This document shows positions 12,798 through 24,380 of a stretch of 64,000 nucleotides of DNA, in pieces. The stretch is from Cystobasidiomycetes sp. EMM_F5 (lineage: Eukaryota), in NCBI GenBank assembly GCA_051047955.1, contig JBPGPT010000038.1, positions 1 through 64,000 on the forward strand, given 5' to 3'. The notes under the pieces are model-generated. The model had not been told where the DNA came from, did not search any database, and saw nothing but the letters and a program-made list of their open reading frames with translations. Position 1 is the stretch's first letter, and every line of letters starts with the position of its first letter. The translations under genes were made by a program, and so were the position numbers.

Positions 12798-14215
12798 TCA
12801 GACTCCGTTTGTGTAGGCAGTACTGCCAACGGCAGCATCAAACTTGAGTACTTTGTCCAAGCCTGTTAAGCACATCAGACACATGCATGCCGTAGTGAAA
12901 CATGCCAGGAGCTCACCGACCAGATTGAACATGTCTCGAGGACTGAGTATGCTCTCTGTTGCCAACGGTGGTTGGTTAAGACCAGTCTGCCTGGTGTACG
13001 CGTATGCAGTCAGAGCGGCATTACAGACAGGACCGAGACCCGCTGTCGGCATGATCTGCCGACACTGACATATCAGCAACACCTTCGGCAATTGTGAAGA
13101 ATCACGCATACAGCCAGCTTCGCTCCCATTCGCTCACAGTCTGACGTGGACCATAGCGGAGTACTGCCTCCGGCGACAAGGTTTAGGAGAACGGGCGTTG
13201 GTGCCAGAGCGGCAATTGCCTTGACTGCTTCTGCTTCGGAAGTCACGCCTTCGAGAAACGCTACGTCGGCTCCAGCTTGTACAGCAGCGTATAGGCGGCT
13301 TATAGCCGTGTCGATGCCGTGACTTTGATCCAATTAGCATAATTTGATGCACTGCGTCCGCCGCAAGATAAGGCTCACCTTTGCAAAGCGTCAGACCGAG
13401 CGATAATAACCTGGAAAAGAGGCAATCGATTAGTTCGGAATGCGAACTGCAACCGCGGCCTTGCGCGACTCACCATATCGCTACCACCGCCGATTGTGCT
13501 TCTGGCATACACGGCAGCTTTGATACGGCGTACAAATTCATCGACAGTAACGATCTCCTTTCCGAGCAAGTGGCCGCAGCGCTTGTTGGTGACTTGATCC
13601 TCGATGTGCAGTCCCGCAACCCCTGCACGATGCTAAACAGATATGCTTTTATTGGCGTGACTCCCCTGGCAATGCAGTGTACCGAGACTGCTTACATATC
13701 TGTGAACAGTGCGTTCGATCTGCGAGGTTGAGCCAAAGCCGGTATCGGCGTCACAAATCAACGGGGGACATCCCGGGAGATTCGCGATCACTGTTGCAGC
13801 TTCTACCTGCAGTGTGGGTCAGTCGTAAAGTAAATATGTGTTGTTTCACGAGTGTCTCGACACACAAAATCGTCCATTGAAGCAAAAGCCAAGTCAGGTA
13901 GGCCAAGTCGGCTAGCGGTTACTGCTGCGCCACTCATGTCTGTACACAGCAGCATAATTAGTAATGGCCGCCGGCAGCCTGACGCCTGCGCCTCACATAG
14001 GCATTCAAAACCCGTCCGGATAGCGGCTGTATCAATAGGATCAGATAGACGGAAGATTTCGGTTTCATAGGCGACGCACCATGAGCGGTGATCCCATCGT
14101 AGACTCCAGGGGCAACGACTATTCCGTCTCTGTCTAGCAAACGTCTCAATCGCGTGGACTGAGGTACCCAAGCACTCTTATGGCCATTCGACAGCCCATT
14201 CCCGTTGATGGCCAT
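12798..14215 (-). CDS. Isocitrate lyase/PEP-mutase superfamily C-C lyase (2,3-dimethylmalate lyase / oxaloacetate hydrolase-like / PrpB-like)
   Basis: [79 protein letters not shown]. Confidence 0.93.
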
Positions 14216-14328
14216 TCCTGTGGTTTGACGTAGGATGAAGGAGGATGCGATGTGGAAGCAGATCAATACGAGTCCGGATCACAAGTAGTCTCATCTTCAG
14301 CTGTTTGCGCCGGCTGACGGAGATGGAC

Positions 14329-14386
14329 TGGAAATCCGTAACGCTCCGGGCCGCACGACCGGAAATCCATATATTCGGAGCTCCGA
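14329..14386. promoter_or_regulatory. Three CGGA-N2-TCCG-like sites upstream of the lyase gene
   Basis: TCGGAGCTCCGA (14375-14386, perfect palindrome) plus one-mismatch copies TGGAAATCCG (14329-14338) and CGGAAATCCA (14360-14369). Confidence 0.6.
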
Positions 14387-14783
14387 TGAGGTCGTAGTCT
14401 GCTCACAGCGGCTGGACGAGTATAACATGAAGAGCGACAAAGCGATGAAGAGCGCCCGTACGGTCACCTTCACCTGTGTACGGTCGTCGATGTTGTCGGA
14501 CCTTGGGCAATCTCCACTTTATGCGAAACTCATCAACTTGAATGGCAAAGTACGCGTGCAATAGGTTAACATTGAGCAGAAGACTGTAGCCTTACTGGAG
14601 CAACAAGGCTGAACCTGATTCCTGTCTTACCGCAACCATAAGTTACTGATGGAATGGCAATGGACATATTGTACATATACACAATTTGTCGAAAACATGT
14701 GGACGAGCTAGTAACCATCCCAACAGACCTTTTGAAGTACTCCACGTATCTCCACCGCGCTCGATACACTTTGTGCGAGTCCG

Positions 14784-16833
14784 TCAAATTGAATATCTGA
14801 ACGACAAATTCTGCTTGTCCGTAAGATCCCGAAATGCACGGTCCACAAGTGCGACCTCGCCCAATGCATCGCGACGCTTGTTCTCGCGCCATGCGGTATA
14901 GATATAGGCTATAGTGATCAAAATCGATCCGATGGCGCAAATCGTGATTGCGATGAAGCCGGTTGTCTACATTGACTTTTCAGCAAACATCGTTTTCAAA
15001 TCGACACTACTTACGTATTTGGGAGCCTCGGTAGCGAGGAAGAACTTAGGTCCTGCCGCGTTTGCTGCATTGGTGCAGATAACAAGCCACGCGGCGCATA
15101 TCGTTTTCTTCGTATGACCAGCCACCTTCGTCGAGATTAACGTTAGCGGACCCTACGTACGATTCGGGATGACTCACATTAGCTGTTGCAAGTCCAAAAT
15201 TCACCGAAACCGCGCCAAGGAACGCGGACTATTGAGGGATGCGCCCTTAGCATACTTCGCCGTCACGAACTGCATTCTCCGTACCATCAAGTAAATCCCA
15301 GCGAAAAGGCCTTGCTCATTGGTGGAGGGAAGAACCCATAGGAGTATGGCTCCCAAGAGGACGAGCGATTGACAGCCCAAGGAAAGAAGGCCCAAGCAGT
15401 TTCGAAAACGTAGACTGACACCCAGAACAATAAGAAGGATGACGATAAGCATCATACCCGTGGGTATGCTCAGCACCATAGCCCTGAGTGTTTCAACCGC
15501 AAGCTGGCGTCAGCCAATGCGGGACGTGCGGATGGACACCATACAGACTCGCCTGTATGCTGATGTTTTGAGCAATTGTTTGAACAGAATCTGGGAGAAC
15601 GCTGAGCTCTGTGAAGTCAGTTGCATCGAGTCAGTCGTTGTCTCTTGTACATTTGGCGCTGGGGCACACACCAAGCTGTTTGCAGGAGTAATGGCGAATT
15701 GCATCAAGCCAACGGCAATGACACGGAAGTCAGTGATAGCCTCCCACACCTATCAAGAAAATGACTTCAGCTTGTACAGTTCTGTATAGGGTGGACAGCC
15801 CGTACCTGCTCTTTCTTGAAGTGTCTGTTCTCGATGCCGGACTGGTTGATCCGGAGACGCTCTACCGCCAGATATCGCTGCCTGGGTGTGAGCATCCATG
15901 CTGTAACGGGACTATCTGGCAAGAAGAAGAAGAGAAGGACACCAAACACCATAGTGACCACGCCCCAACAGTAAAACATATTTCTCCAGGGTGCAATCGC
16001 GCCTTGCAAGTGAAGCAAGCCATAATTCACAGCGACTGTTATGGGAATGCTACCTCCGGCTGATTGCAAGAAAGGAGACTCAAGTTAGCATAAACGGCTT
16101 CGGCACAGTCTTGACAATTTGGCTTACCACCCATCCACCAGATACTGTGTCGTGGCACTTGTTCGTGCTGTGAGGCCTCGTCGGTATGACAGCATGCTCA
16201 AGTCGGCACATTTGCTCACCTTAGTGTACCACGCGCCGATGAGTAGAATGAAGCAAGGCTGCACGCCAGCCTCGCATAAACCCAAAATAGTTCGTTGTAC
16301 CATCGTAGTCGGGTATGAAGTGCACCATGCGGTGCTCATGCAGGCAAGTCCCCACAGAAACACGTAAATGGAGCACACTCTGCCCGTGCGAAATCTTTGC
16401 GCAAGGAAAGCTCCGATGGGGGCGCCGCAGACAAAGCCGACGTAGTAGATCGTGGTAGCATTCGAATACCGACCAGTGTTGAGTTGGCCATTCTCGGTGT
16501 AGAAGAGGTCGAGATCCCTGCATCATCGTTGTCAGGGCGTGTCTATGTAAGACTGCACGTCACTACGAAAACTTACGAAGATGCACCAAAGTTGATGGCA
16601 GTTGACAAGAGGTTCTTATCGGTATAATTCAAGCCATACGTAATAACCATGAGTGGCATGAGGACGAAGTCTATCTTTCGGACAAGCTTCTTGAGTTCTT
16701 GCGGGGTTGCGGGAGGTTCATCGCGGGCAGCGGCCAGTACCTGTGCTCCCGCATCCTGGAAGGTTTCTTGCTGTCCTTCAGCGTCGACTTTAGGGTTGTT
16801 GATGAATGACTCTTCGCGCTTTTCTTCTGACAT
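14784..16833 (-). CDS. MFS transporter, Dal5/allantoate permease-like family
   Basis: KKLVRKIDFVLMPLMVITYGLNYTDK, RTILGLCEAGVQP..GAWYTK, FFLPDSPVTAWML..AVERLRINQSG, AGHTKK, C-terminus DLTDKQNLSFRYSI*. Confidence 0.92.
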
Positions 16834-16978
16834 GCTGGCTCTGGCCTTACGCGGAAGGGTGGGAAGATAGTTATCGGGCGTCGTACTTAGTGCTCGAATG
16901 TATTATGGCATGAACAGGAGCGGCTGGGTAGAAGGAGGCATCGGCTGGGGTTCTCCAGATGGGGCTTTACATAGATGT

Positions 16979-17107
16979 CGGAACTCCGCTGCTCATGGAA
17001 ACGCTTGGCCGGAGTCCGCACGGAGTCCTGGTCATCGAAAGAACTCAGATGCCGCCCGGGTGCCTCGTCTGATCCAGCCGGCTCGACGGAGAATGAGCGG
17101 ATCTCCG
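16979..17107. promoter_or_regulatory. Two CGGA-N2-TCCG sites upstream of the second MFS gene
   Basis: CGGAACTCCG (16979-16988) and CGGATCTCCG (17098-17107). Confidence 0.6.
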
Positions 17108-17537
17108 AGGAGGCAGCATCAGATGATACGAAACTTGTACGAGTAAGTGTCTGGCTGATTTCTTCCAGCATCCGAAGTTGGCACCCACGGAAAGGGCGCG
17201 CAGGAACAACGATTACCATAATTACTGTGAGATGCTGCGTGATTGCTAAAGTGTCGCTGCCATCCAAACACTTTGTAGCTGATACTGCGCGAACCTAACG
17301 CATATAGCAGCGCAGCCCATCTTGCTGGCTGCTGCATATGCCAGCGAGGCTCGCCATGCTGCGCAAGATATATACCCGCCATTCTGCTTGTTGTGCATTG
17401 ACAATTTTCCCGATGGGGCTTGAGACTCTTGCCTTTAGGACAAAGTCCATCAACGAGACGCTCCCCGACGGCATACTCGGTCCTAGCTGAAGGTCATCAA
17501 CAGCGCCCACTGAGACTGCTGCATCGCCAAGATTGCC

Positions 17538-19288
17538 ATGTCGTCCGTCACACCAGACCTGCCAGTAGCTGGTGGTAACCGGGATGGCGCTGTCTCGGAG
17601 CATGCATCAATAGCACCCCTTCGCAAGGCGACAAAGGACATGACCAAGGGTGCGTACCCTGTGTGGTCACGTCACATCGCGGACAGTTGCTGAAACTATC
17701 GTCTGTGGCATGACAGCTGAACGGCGAGCCTTGCAAGTAAATGCAACTAGCAACGCCCTACTCTGTGTGAACAATAGCTGACAGACGCTCACACAGGAGC
17801 AACAACGAGAACACAATGCCAAAGAACGAGCGGCTAGGGAATCTGGCGGATCCGATGCCAAAAGAAGCGACAAGGTCAAAGCCAAAGCTAAAGACAAGGA
17901 TATTGTTGCCGAGAAGCGGAAAGCGGCAGTACCTGCGCCTGTCAAGTCTCAAAGCAAATCGCTCCCCGCTTTCGCTCTGCCGCAGCCAGGCGATCTGGGG
18001 TCGAATTCTTCAGCATCCGTCATGAGTCTTTTCCTACATTTAGACGCCCCGAAACCAACAAGATCCCTAAGTACGAAAGCGCAATCTGAGATGGTTCATC
18101 CCTGCATACAGCGCCTAGCTCTTCAGTATGCCGACTTTAAGATTGTCGGTGCCAACGCCAGATGTTTGGCCATGCTGGAGGCCTTCAAAATCGTAAGAAG
18201 ATATATCGAAACTTGCCCACTTGTCGAGGTACACTGATCCGTGTTGTAATTTCAGCTTATATCGACATACATAGTCCCGCCTGGGAAGTCCTTGTCACGG
18301 CATTTACCTACGTATCTATCGCCTCAGATCGTCCACTTAGTCAAGGCCCGCGCGCCGCTAGCGGTCAGCATGGGCAACGCTATTCGTTATCTGAAATGGG
18401 AGATATCGCAGATACCTCCAGAAATGCCAGACGATGAGGCGCGAGAAGTCCTCTGTGAACGCATCAACCACTTTATACGCGACCGCATTCTCCTGGCTGG
18501 CCAAGTAATTGAGGAAAACGCCATCACGAAGATCAACAACGGGGACGTCGTCATGACATTTGCCAGGTTAGTAGTAGTTTTATGGCTTCCTACATTGCCT
18601 TGCTGACACGGCAATTGTCGACAGATCTTCCCTGGTCGAAGGCGTCCTGCTTGCCGCGAAACGTACAGGCAAAGCATTTTCTGTGGTCATTGTCGATTCC
18701 CGACCAATGCACGAAGGTAAGCCATGCAGCGCAAAAGTCACGTCTGGACTTACTTGGAATGTTAGGGCGGAAGATGCTCAAGTCTCTGTTGGCCAATGGA
18801 ATATCCTGCTCGTATATACTACTACCAGCTATCGGCGTAGTGCTTCCCACTGTGTCGTTGACAATACTCGGAACGCACGCTATGCTGTCCAATGGAGCCA
18901 TGTTTTCTCGCGCAGGAACCGCGATGGTCGCCATGATGTCCAAAGGGGCCGGTATTCCGGTCATCTGTTGCTGCGAAACTTACAAGTTCAGCGACCGCAT
19001 CATGCTTGATAGCATAGTGGGTAATGAAAGAGGTAAAGCAGGCAAAGAAATACAATCGATGCTACTTATCTGACTGTCGTAAATACGAACTGCGCAGGCT
19101 CCACGGCGGACATCTTGGATGGCGATAACAAGGATGTTGACAATGCACATCTCGGAGTCCTCAACTTTCTATACGACGTCTCACGTCCCGAAGACGTTAC
19201 GGCAGTAGTCACAGAGACTGCCATCATACCTGTGCAATCCGTTCCATTCGTCCTGAGGGAGCATAAGCCCATCAGCTTGGGCGGCTGA
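17538..19288 (+). CDS. GCD2: Translation initiation factor eIF2B delta subunit
   Basis: MTKAERRALQE, SLFLHLD, VHPCIQRLALQYADFKIVGANARCLAML, SMGNAIRYLK, VIVDSRPMHEG, LGTHAMLSNGAMFSRAGTAMVAM, CCETYKFSDR, LYDV. Confidence 0.95.
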
Positions 19289-20118
19289 CAGTGTATCAAG
19301 TTCCTTCGCGTACGGCTGTGTGCCAGGGCAAACGGCATATGGAGAAGATTGTCTTAGCATATGGGGCCACACGCCTCGCGCATATCGTTCTCTGCAGTCA
19401 GTCAAGTCACATACGGGTACAGTCTGCAAATGGTCGCTCATCGAATAGCTGGGACAAGCGTGACAGTGCATGGAGCAGTCGTTGCAGCCATAGTTTCGAT
19501 TTGGGGTGGTAGGTGGTGCCCCTTGGCCCTGGCACCTGTTGATCAGCGCGACTCTGCCACGACACTGCCGTAATGCAGCGCAACGTCCTCGCCAAAATCA
19601 TTAGGCCATAGCTCTTGGTAAGCTTAAGCAGCACATGCACACCGGGGGGTCGCTTCATCAAGCGTTTGCAACCCATGTGTGGTGGCTGCGATGCTCACGA
19701 AGACGCAGTGCAAAAAAGGCAATAGCTGCGTAGTAGGATAGAGAGACGGAAATGCGGTAGAAACGGTATCGTTGCTATATCGTTGTGCTTGCCTTCAACC
19801 GAAATCTTCACAATCGCTTCAGCTCCCTTAAGCACTCTGACGGCTATAGAATGGCTTCGGTAATCGGACTGCCAAGTTGGGCGGACTATCGTACTCCATC
19901 TCTAACGGTAAGTATTACCATCCAGCAGATCATCTACGGATTGCGTCAGTGAGATTGTTGAGGTATCGCTGGCGCCGTTAGCTGAAAGGATCAAATGGGT
20001 CTTGACAGACGTTACAGCGTTTCAGACCGCAGATACTGTCCGCGGAATGCTTGCAGAATTGGAATCGTCTTTCGTATTGCAATCAGAGTGGCTATGCCTG
20101 AATACTACTGTCATGGAA

Positions 20119-21021
20119 TCAGACGGGTGTCATCGCATCCTTTCCAATTGCCCAGTCAATGCCTCCCTTGATATGCTTGAGAAAGGTAGGATCCTGCCAG
20201 AGGACAGTAGCGTGCCCAAGGCTACTGTACCACACTCGCCCGGTGCCGGCCAAAGGTCCCTCTCGCTGAGCCTCTCTGAACCAAGCGATGGGAAATGGAT
20301 GACCACCCTGCCTGTCCTTCTGTATATTCTTAAGTGGATCATCGAAAGATGCAGGATCAACAGTGACCAAGAGCTGCGAGTGCAAATTATCTGAGGTGTT
20401 AGAGGACTGTAAAGCCAGGCATGATGAGCTTTGCACCACATACAGAAACTCCTGTCTGCCGTGGATCACTCTGGAAGAAGTAGACCTCCTCATGCAGACG
20501 CCACGATGGTGGCAGACAGACAGTCGAGGGATGAGCGTGCTGGTGTATTGTGAAAGTAGCAGGTTGAAATTTGGAGTGGCGATCAAGTATAGCACCAAAC
20601 GCCCGAGTATATGCCTCAACATCCCGAAGGGCACTTGTAGCCGAGTGTATGCCGATAAGTGCTCCACCACTGAGGATGAACCGGGACAGATTGGACTTTT
20701 GTGTCTTATTGTCAAGAACGTCTCCGCTCGGTGACAGGAATATCAGCGCCTTGAAACGAGACAACAATTCGTAGTCGTCAAAGACCGTTGGGTCTTCGAT
20801 ATATTCGCTTTCGTTGTATCCGAAGTCGCGAATTGCAGATACAGCAGCCGCGGTAGACTCGTGTCGATAGAGCTATGTTAATGTGGGCGATGGGCGGGTT
20901 ATTGACAAGGAGGTCAGCCAGGTACGGAAACAGAGAATTGCTCAGACAATGATCTGACAAGTCTTCCCACCATAGTTCGACTAAAGAGCAAGAAAGGCTT
21001 GACAGTATTCAGGTTGGACAT
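20119..21021 (-). CDS. ThuA-like (trehalose utilisation; class I glutamine amidotransferase-like fold) protein
   Basis: LLFSRTM/LYRHES, FLSPSGDVL, GGALIGIHSA, HPST..LP..W...EEVYFFQSDPR, PIAWFR, GRVWYSSLGH..W.DP.FLKHI.GGIDW. An alternative in-frame ATG lies at 21063. Confidence 0.87.
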
Positions 21022-21274
21022 GTTTCGACGTGGGAGCTCGAAGCCTTGGTCTACAATTCCCATCCGTTCGCAAGTCTGTACAGAAGTGCGTAAGGTAAAG
21101 CGACTTCGGCGAGCACATACGAGGCTTCCGTTCACAATTGATGAGGTTCATGTAGGATAGTGTCGTCACGGCTTTTAAATGCCGATCTCTTGGGCGGCCC
21201 TCAACTTGGAATATCACGGGTTTGTCAACGTCCTCTGCTCACCGCTCGCACCATAGTGCATGTACTCCGTCATT

Positions 21275-24107
21275 ATGGACTACGGATCCGAGGAATGGTC
21301 AGTGACACGTTGGCGATAGGACAGGCTTTGCGGGCTGGGGTGGCGTTCGTTTCCTGTGCGGATCCGAACAAAGCAGACAACAACCAGCCTATGAGCTAGC
21401 AACAGCAGTTTGAGTAGTTCGGAAGTCACTGATCATTCACAAAACAGGGCTTCGACTTCGTCTTCCATATCTAATCCTGTGTTCGAACCGGCTGGCCAAA
21501 GTCCCGCTCGTCGACTCGCCAGTGGTGTGAGGAAGCTGAAGCCCCTGAAGCTAGGATCTTGTACTGGTGATTTGAGGCAACACTCGCTAACGCACGCACT
21601 GCTCAAAGCTGAGAAACATCGTCATTACCGCAATGCAGCTTGTCGTAAAGCGAAGGTGAAGTGTGACAGAGGAGGTAGAAGGCCTTGATTTATGGCTGTA
21701 GCGACTGACTACTAATGATGAGCAACACGGTCCGTCAGGTGACAACGCCCGGAGCCAAGCACCAACTACGAGATGTGGCAGATGTGTCAAGGTGAATGAC
21801 GATTGCATATACGAAGTGCACAAGACTGGCTACAAACATCCACCACTGTATGTGTCACCATCACTGCGCGCATCGTACGCAGCTGACAGTGAAGATGTTG
21901 TCTGTTGCCCACTTTCTCCGTCTCAGTCACCGCGTGATAGTGACAGAGACGGACCGTATGGCTGTCTCGCAACCCTTAGACGCCAGTGCAAGAGACTCCA
22001 GCGTTATTCCAGGCCGACACAATGACCCTCTTGCGGATGATCTCGCTAGGCATGCCTCTGCCGTGCCAGCACACGCCACTTTTCCGACGCTCGCCATAGG
22101 TACTGGTACCAAATTTTCGGACGATTTATTCGAAAGACCAGTAGTCCCGAATGCAGCGTCTACAAAGTTGTTCAAAGTCAAGCCGAAAAGGGATTGCTTG
22201 CCGGCGGAAGATCCCATTAGCAAGGGAATCTTGACTGAGGATCAAGCAGTCAATTACTTCAATTTGTAAGCCGAATATCATCGGGCATCCTTCGCCGCAG
22301 GCTCGTCTGACTTGTGTGTATATATCAGCTATCTGCTGCATCTGCATCCATGGAGCCCCGTTTTGAACACACGGCTGCATACGTTTCAATACGTTCGTCA
22401 ACATTCGACTTTCCTGCTGTGCGTGGTCTGCCTTCAGAGCGCAGCCTATCAAGCGAGCGATAATGTATGGAGAACACTCGCATCACACACAAAGAAAGTA
22501 TGCGGTACCATCTACTCCGAGGGATACCATTCTCTCGAGATAACCGCAGCCTTTGCTCTCTATGCTTCGCGACTGTCTTATGGAGAACCACATGAAATTG
22601 ACCAATCTTGGATACATCTTGGTACAGCTCTTCGCATGGCTGTAGAGCTGGGTCTGGACGAAATTAGCACGCTGGCTTCAGCTTATCCGATGACGCCTCA
22701 TAGAGCAGCACGGCAGGACTGGATAGAACGTCGGGCTGCGGAAAAATTATGGCTGAATCTGTATATACTAGACAGATCGTGCGTGCGAGATATAGAAGGC
22801 TATATCGACGATGGCATTGGAATGCCTTGTGACGTGGCTAACGATTTTGTCGCATCAGGATGAGTGGACAAATGGGCCGGCCGACAATGCTGGATGTCTC
22901 ATCGCAGGTGCTGCAACATGTCGAGAGCTGGTAGATGATCTACGAAGCTTATGATGCGCAACGTCTTACCTCTGACCTTTCACCGTCAGGATGGCTTCTC
23001 CTGGCACCGAGCAAGCCGAGCGGCTTACCGCTTCGCAAGCGCTCTTGCGGAGAGTTTTGGTGAGATTGTATCGCCGGTAGCGCCGGCCATAGCACGCCGC
23101 CTGAGCTTGTCACGCGACAGGAACGATCACACAACGCCAGTATGTCATCAGATCCACATCTGGAGCCTACAATCACATTGTGTCAATGGTATGATAAATG
23201 GTATCTGCAAAGCAGTAGGCCATAACATAATGCTCAATTTATTCGCATGCTGACAAGTCTTTTGCCGTAGATTCGTCATCAAGATGTAACTATCACCATG
23301 TCCGTATTCTTGCGCTAATGAGGGATACTAGCAGTGCCTCTGAGACAGAGAAGCGGCACGAAGCGCGACAAGTAGTACAGATCTGGCTGCATGATATCGC
23401 ATCGTCCCACAAGGTCGAGCATGCCACGACTTTGGCTTTGGTAGCAATGTCGCATGCCATAGTCGTTTTATGCCAAGTACGACTTACACACTTTTATCAA
23501 ACAATGAATCGTGATGATTGACGAATGAGTCCCTGCAGGCTGTGTTGCGGCTGGACCCAGGAGTAGTCACAGCCGAAGGCAACGAAGACCGGTCACTGGC
23601 CGGTCAACTGGTCGATGAGCTCAGTCTATCTGCAGAGCAGTGTACGCAGGGTACTGGCACGCTACGCTTCCATGCAGCATATCTGAAGCTGTGTCTTCAT
23701 TGGTTCGATCGGAAGAAGCTACACCACAACAGGTCGCAAGCGAGCCAGCACGTCAACCACGGTAAGCCTACTATTTTATTCAAAAGGATGTCTCATTCGG
23801 ATACTAACAGGTTCTTCTAGTCCTTGCTCAGCCTCCGCGACAGCATGCTCTTCATAATGAAGATCTGCGAGGCCCCCAGGATTCAATTCAAACAGGGCAA
23901 CTGTCTCTAATACAAAACGCTCTTTTTCCGGGCTGGACCGAGACTATGCCATCTCAGGATGATTACGCACTGCCCAATGACGATGTATGGACGGGTCAGA
24001 GTCTCCACGCTGACCTAGATGATCCAGTATTGGCCAGCTGGCTAGCGCAACTCACAGAAGACAGCTATTCCATCGGGCACATTGCCATGGACGTCGGCGA
24101 AAGATAG
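21275..24107 (+). CDS. Zn(II)2Cys6 transcription factor
   Basis: Spliced cluster SCTACRKAKVKCDR..RCGRCVKVNDDCIY; DPISKGILTEDQAVNYFN; HLHPWSPVL; WIHLGTALRMAVELGL; EKLWLNLYILDR. Start and end are estimated. Confidence 0.85.
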
Positions 24108-24380
24108 CTCTGTAAAAGCTGTTATTATGACATTTGATTGCACAATCACGAATGCATATTTCCGTGCAAAGTGCTGACGACGATCTGGTCTGCTACGTGC
24201 ATACATAGCAACAAGATAATACTTTGCAGTGCCGAACAACAGGTCTGCTGTATCGCCATATTTCACTCCACACTGACCATGTCAAATATAGATAACCAAA
24301 TTTGCATAACGTTTACTCTCTCTGCATATGGTCCATTGTGTTGCTTCCCCATACAGTGACAAACCCTGCTATTCGCATAG

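Noticed and set aside
4836..16833. Itaconate biosynthetic cluster
   Set aside because: No mitochondrial tricarboxylate carrier or P450; the transporters are importer-type and a C-C lyase is present, which fits catabolism better.
19330..20110. Possible gene remnant at the left edge of the island
   Set aside because: No identifiable homology or coherent exon chain by eye.
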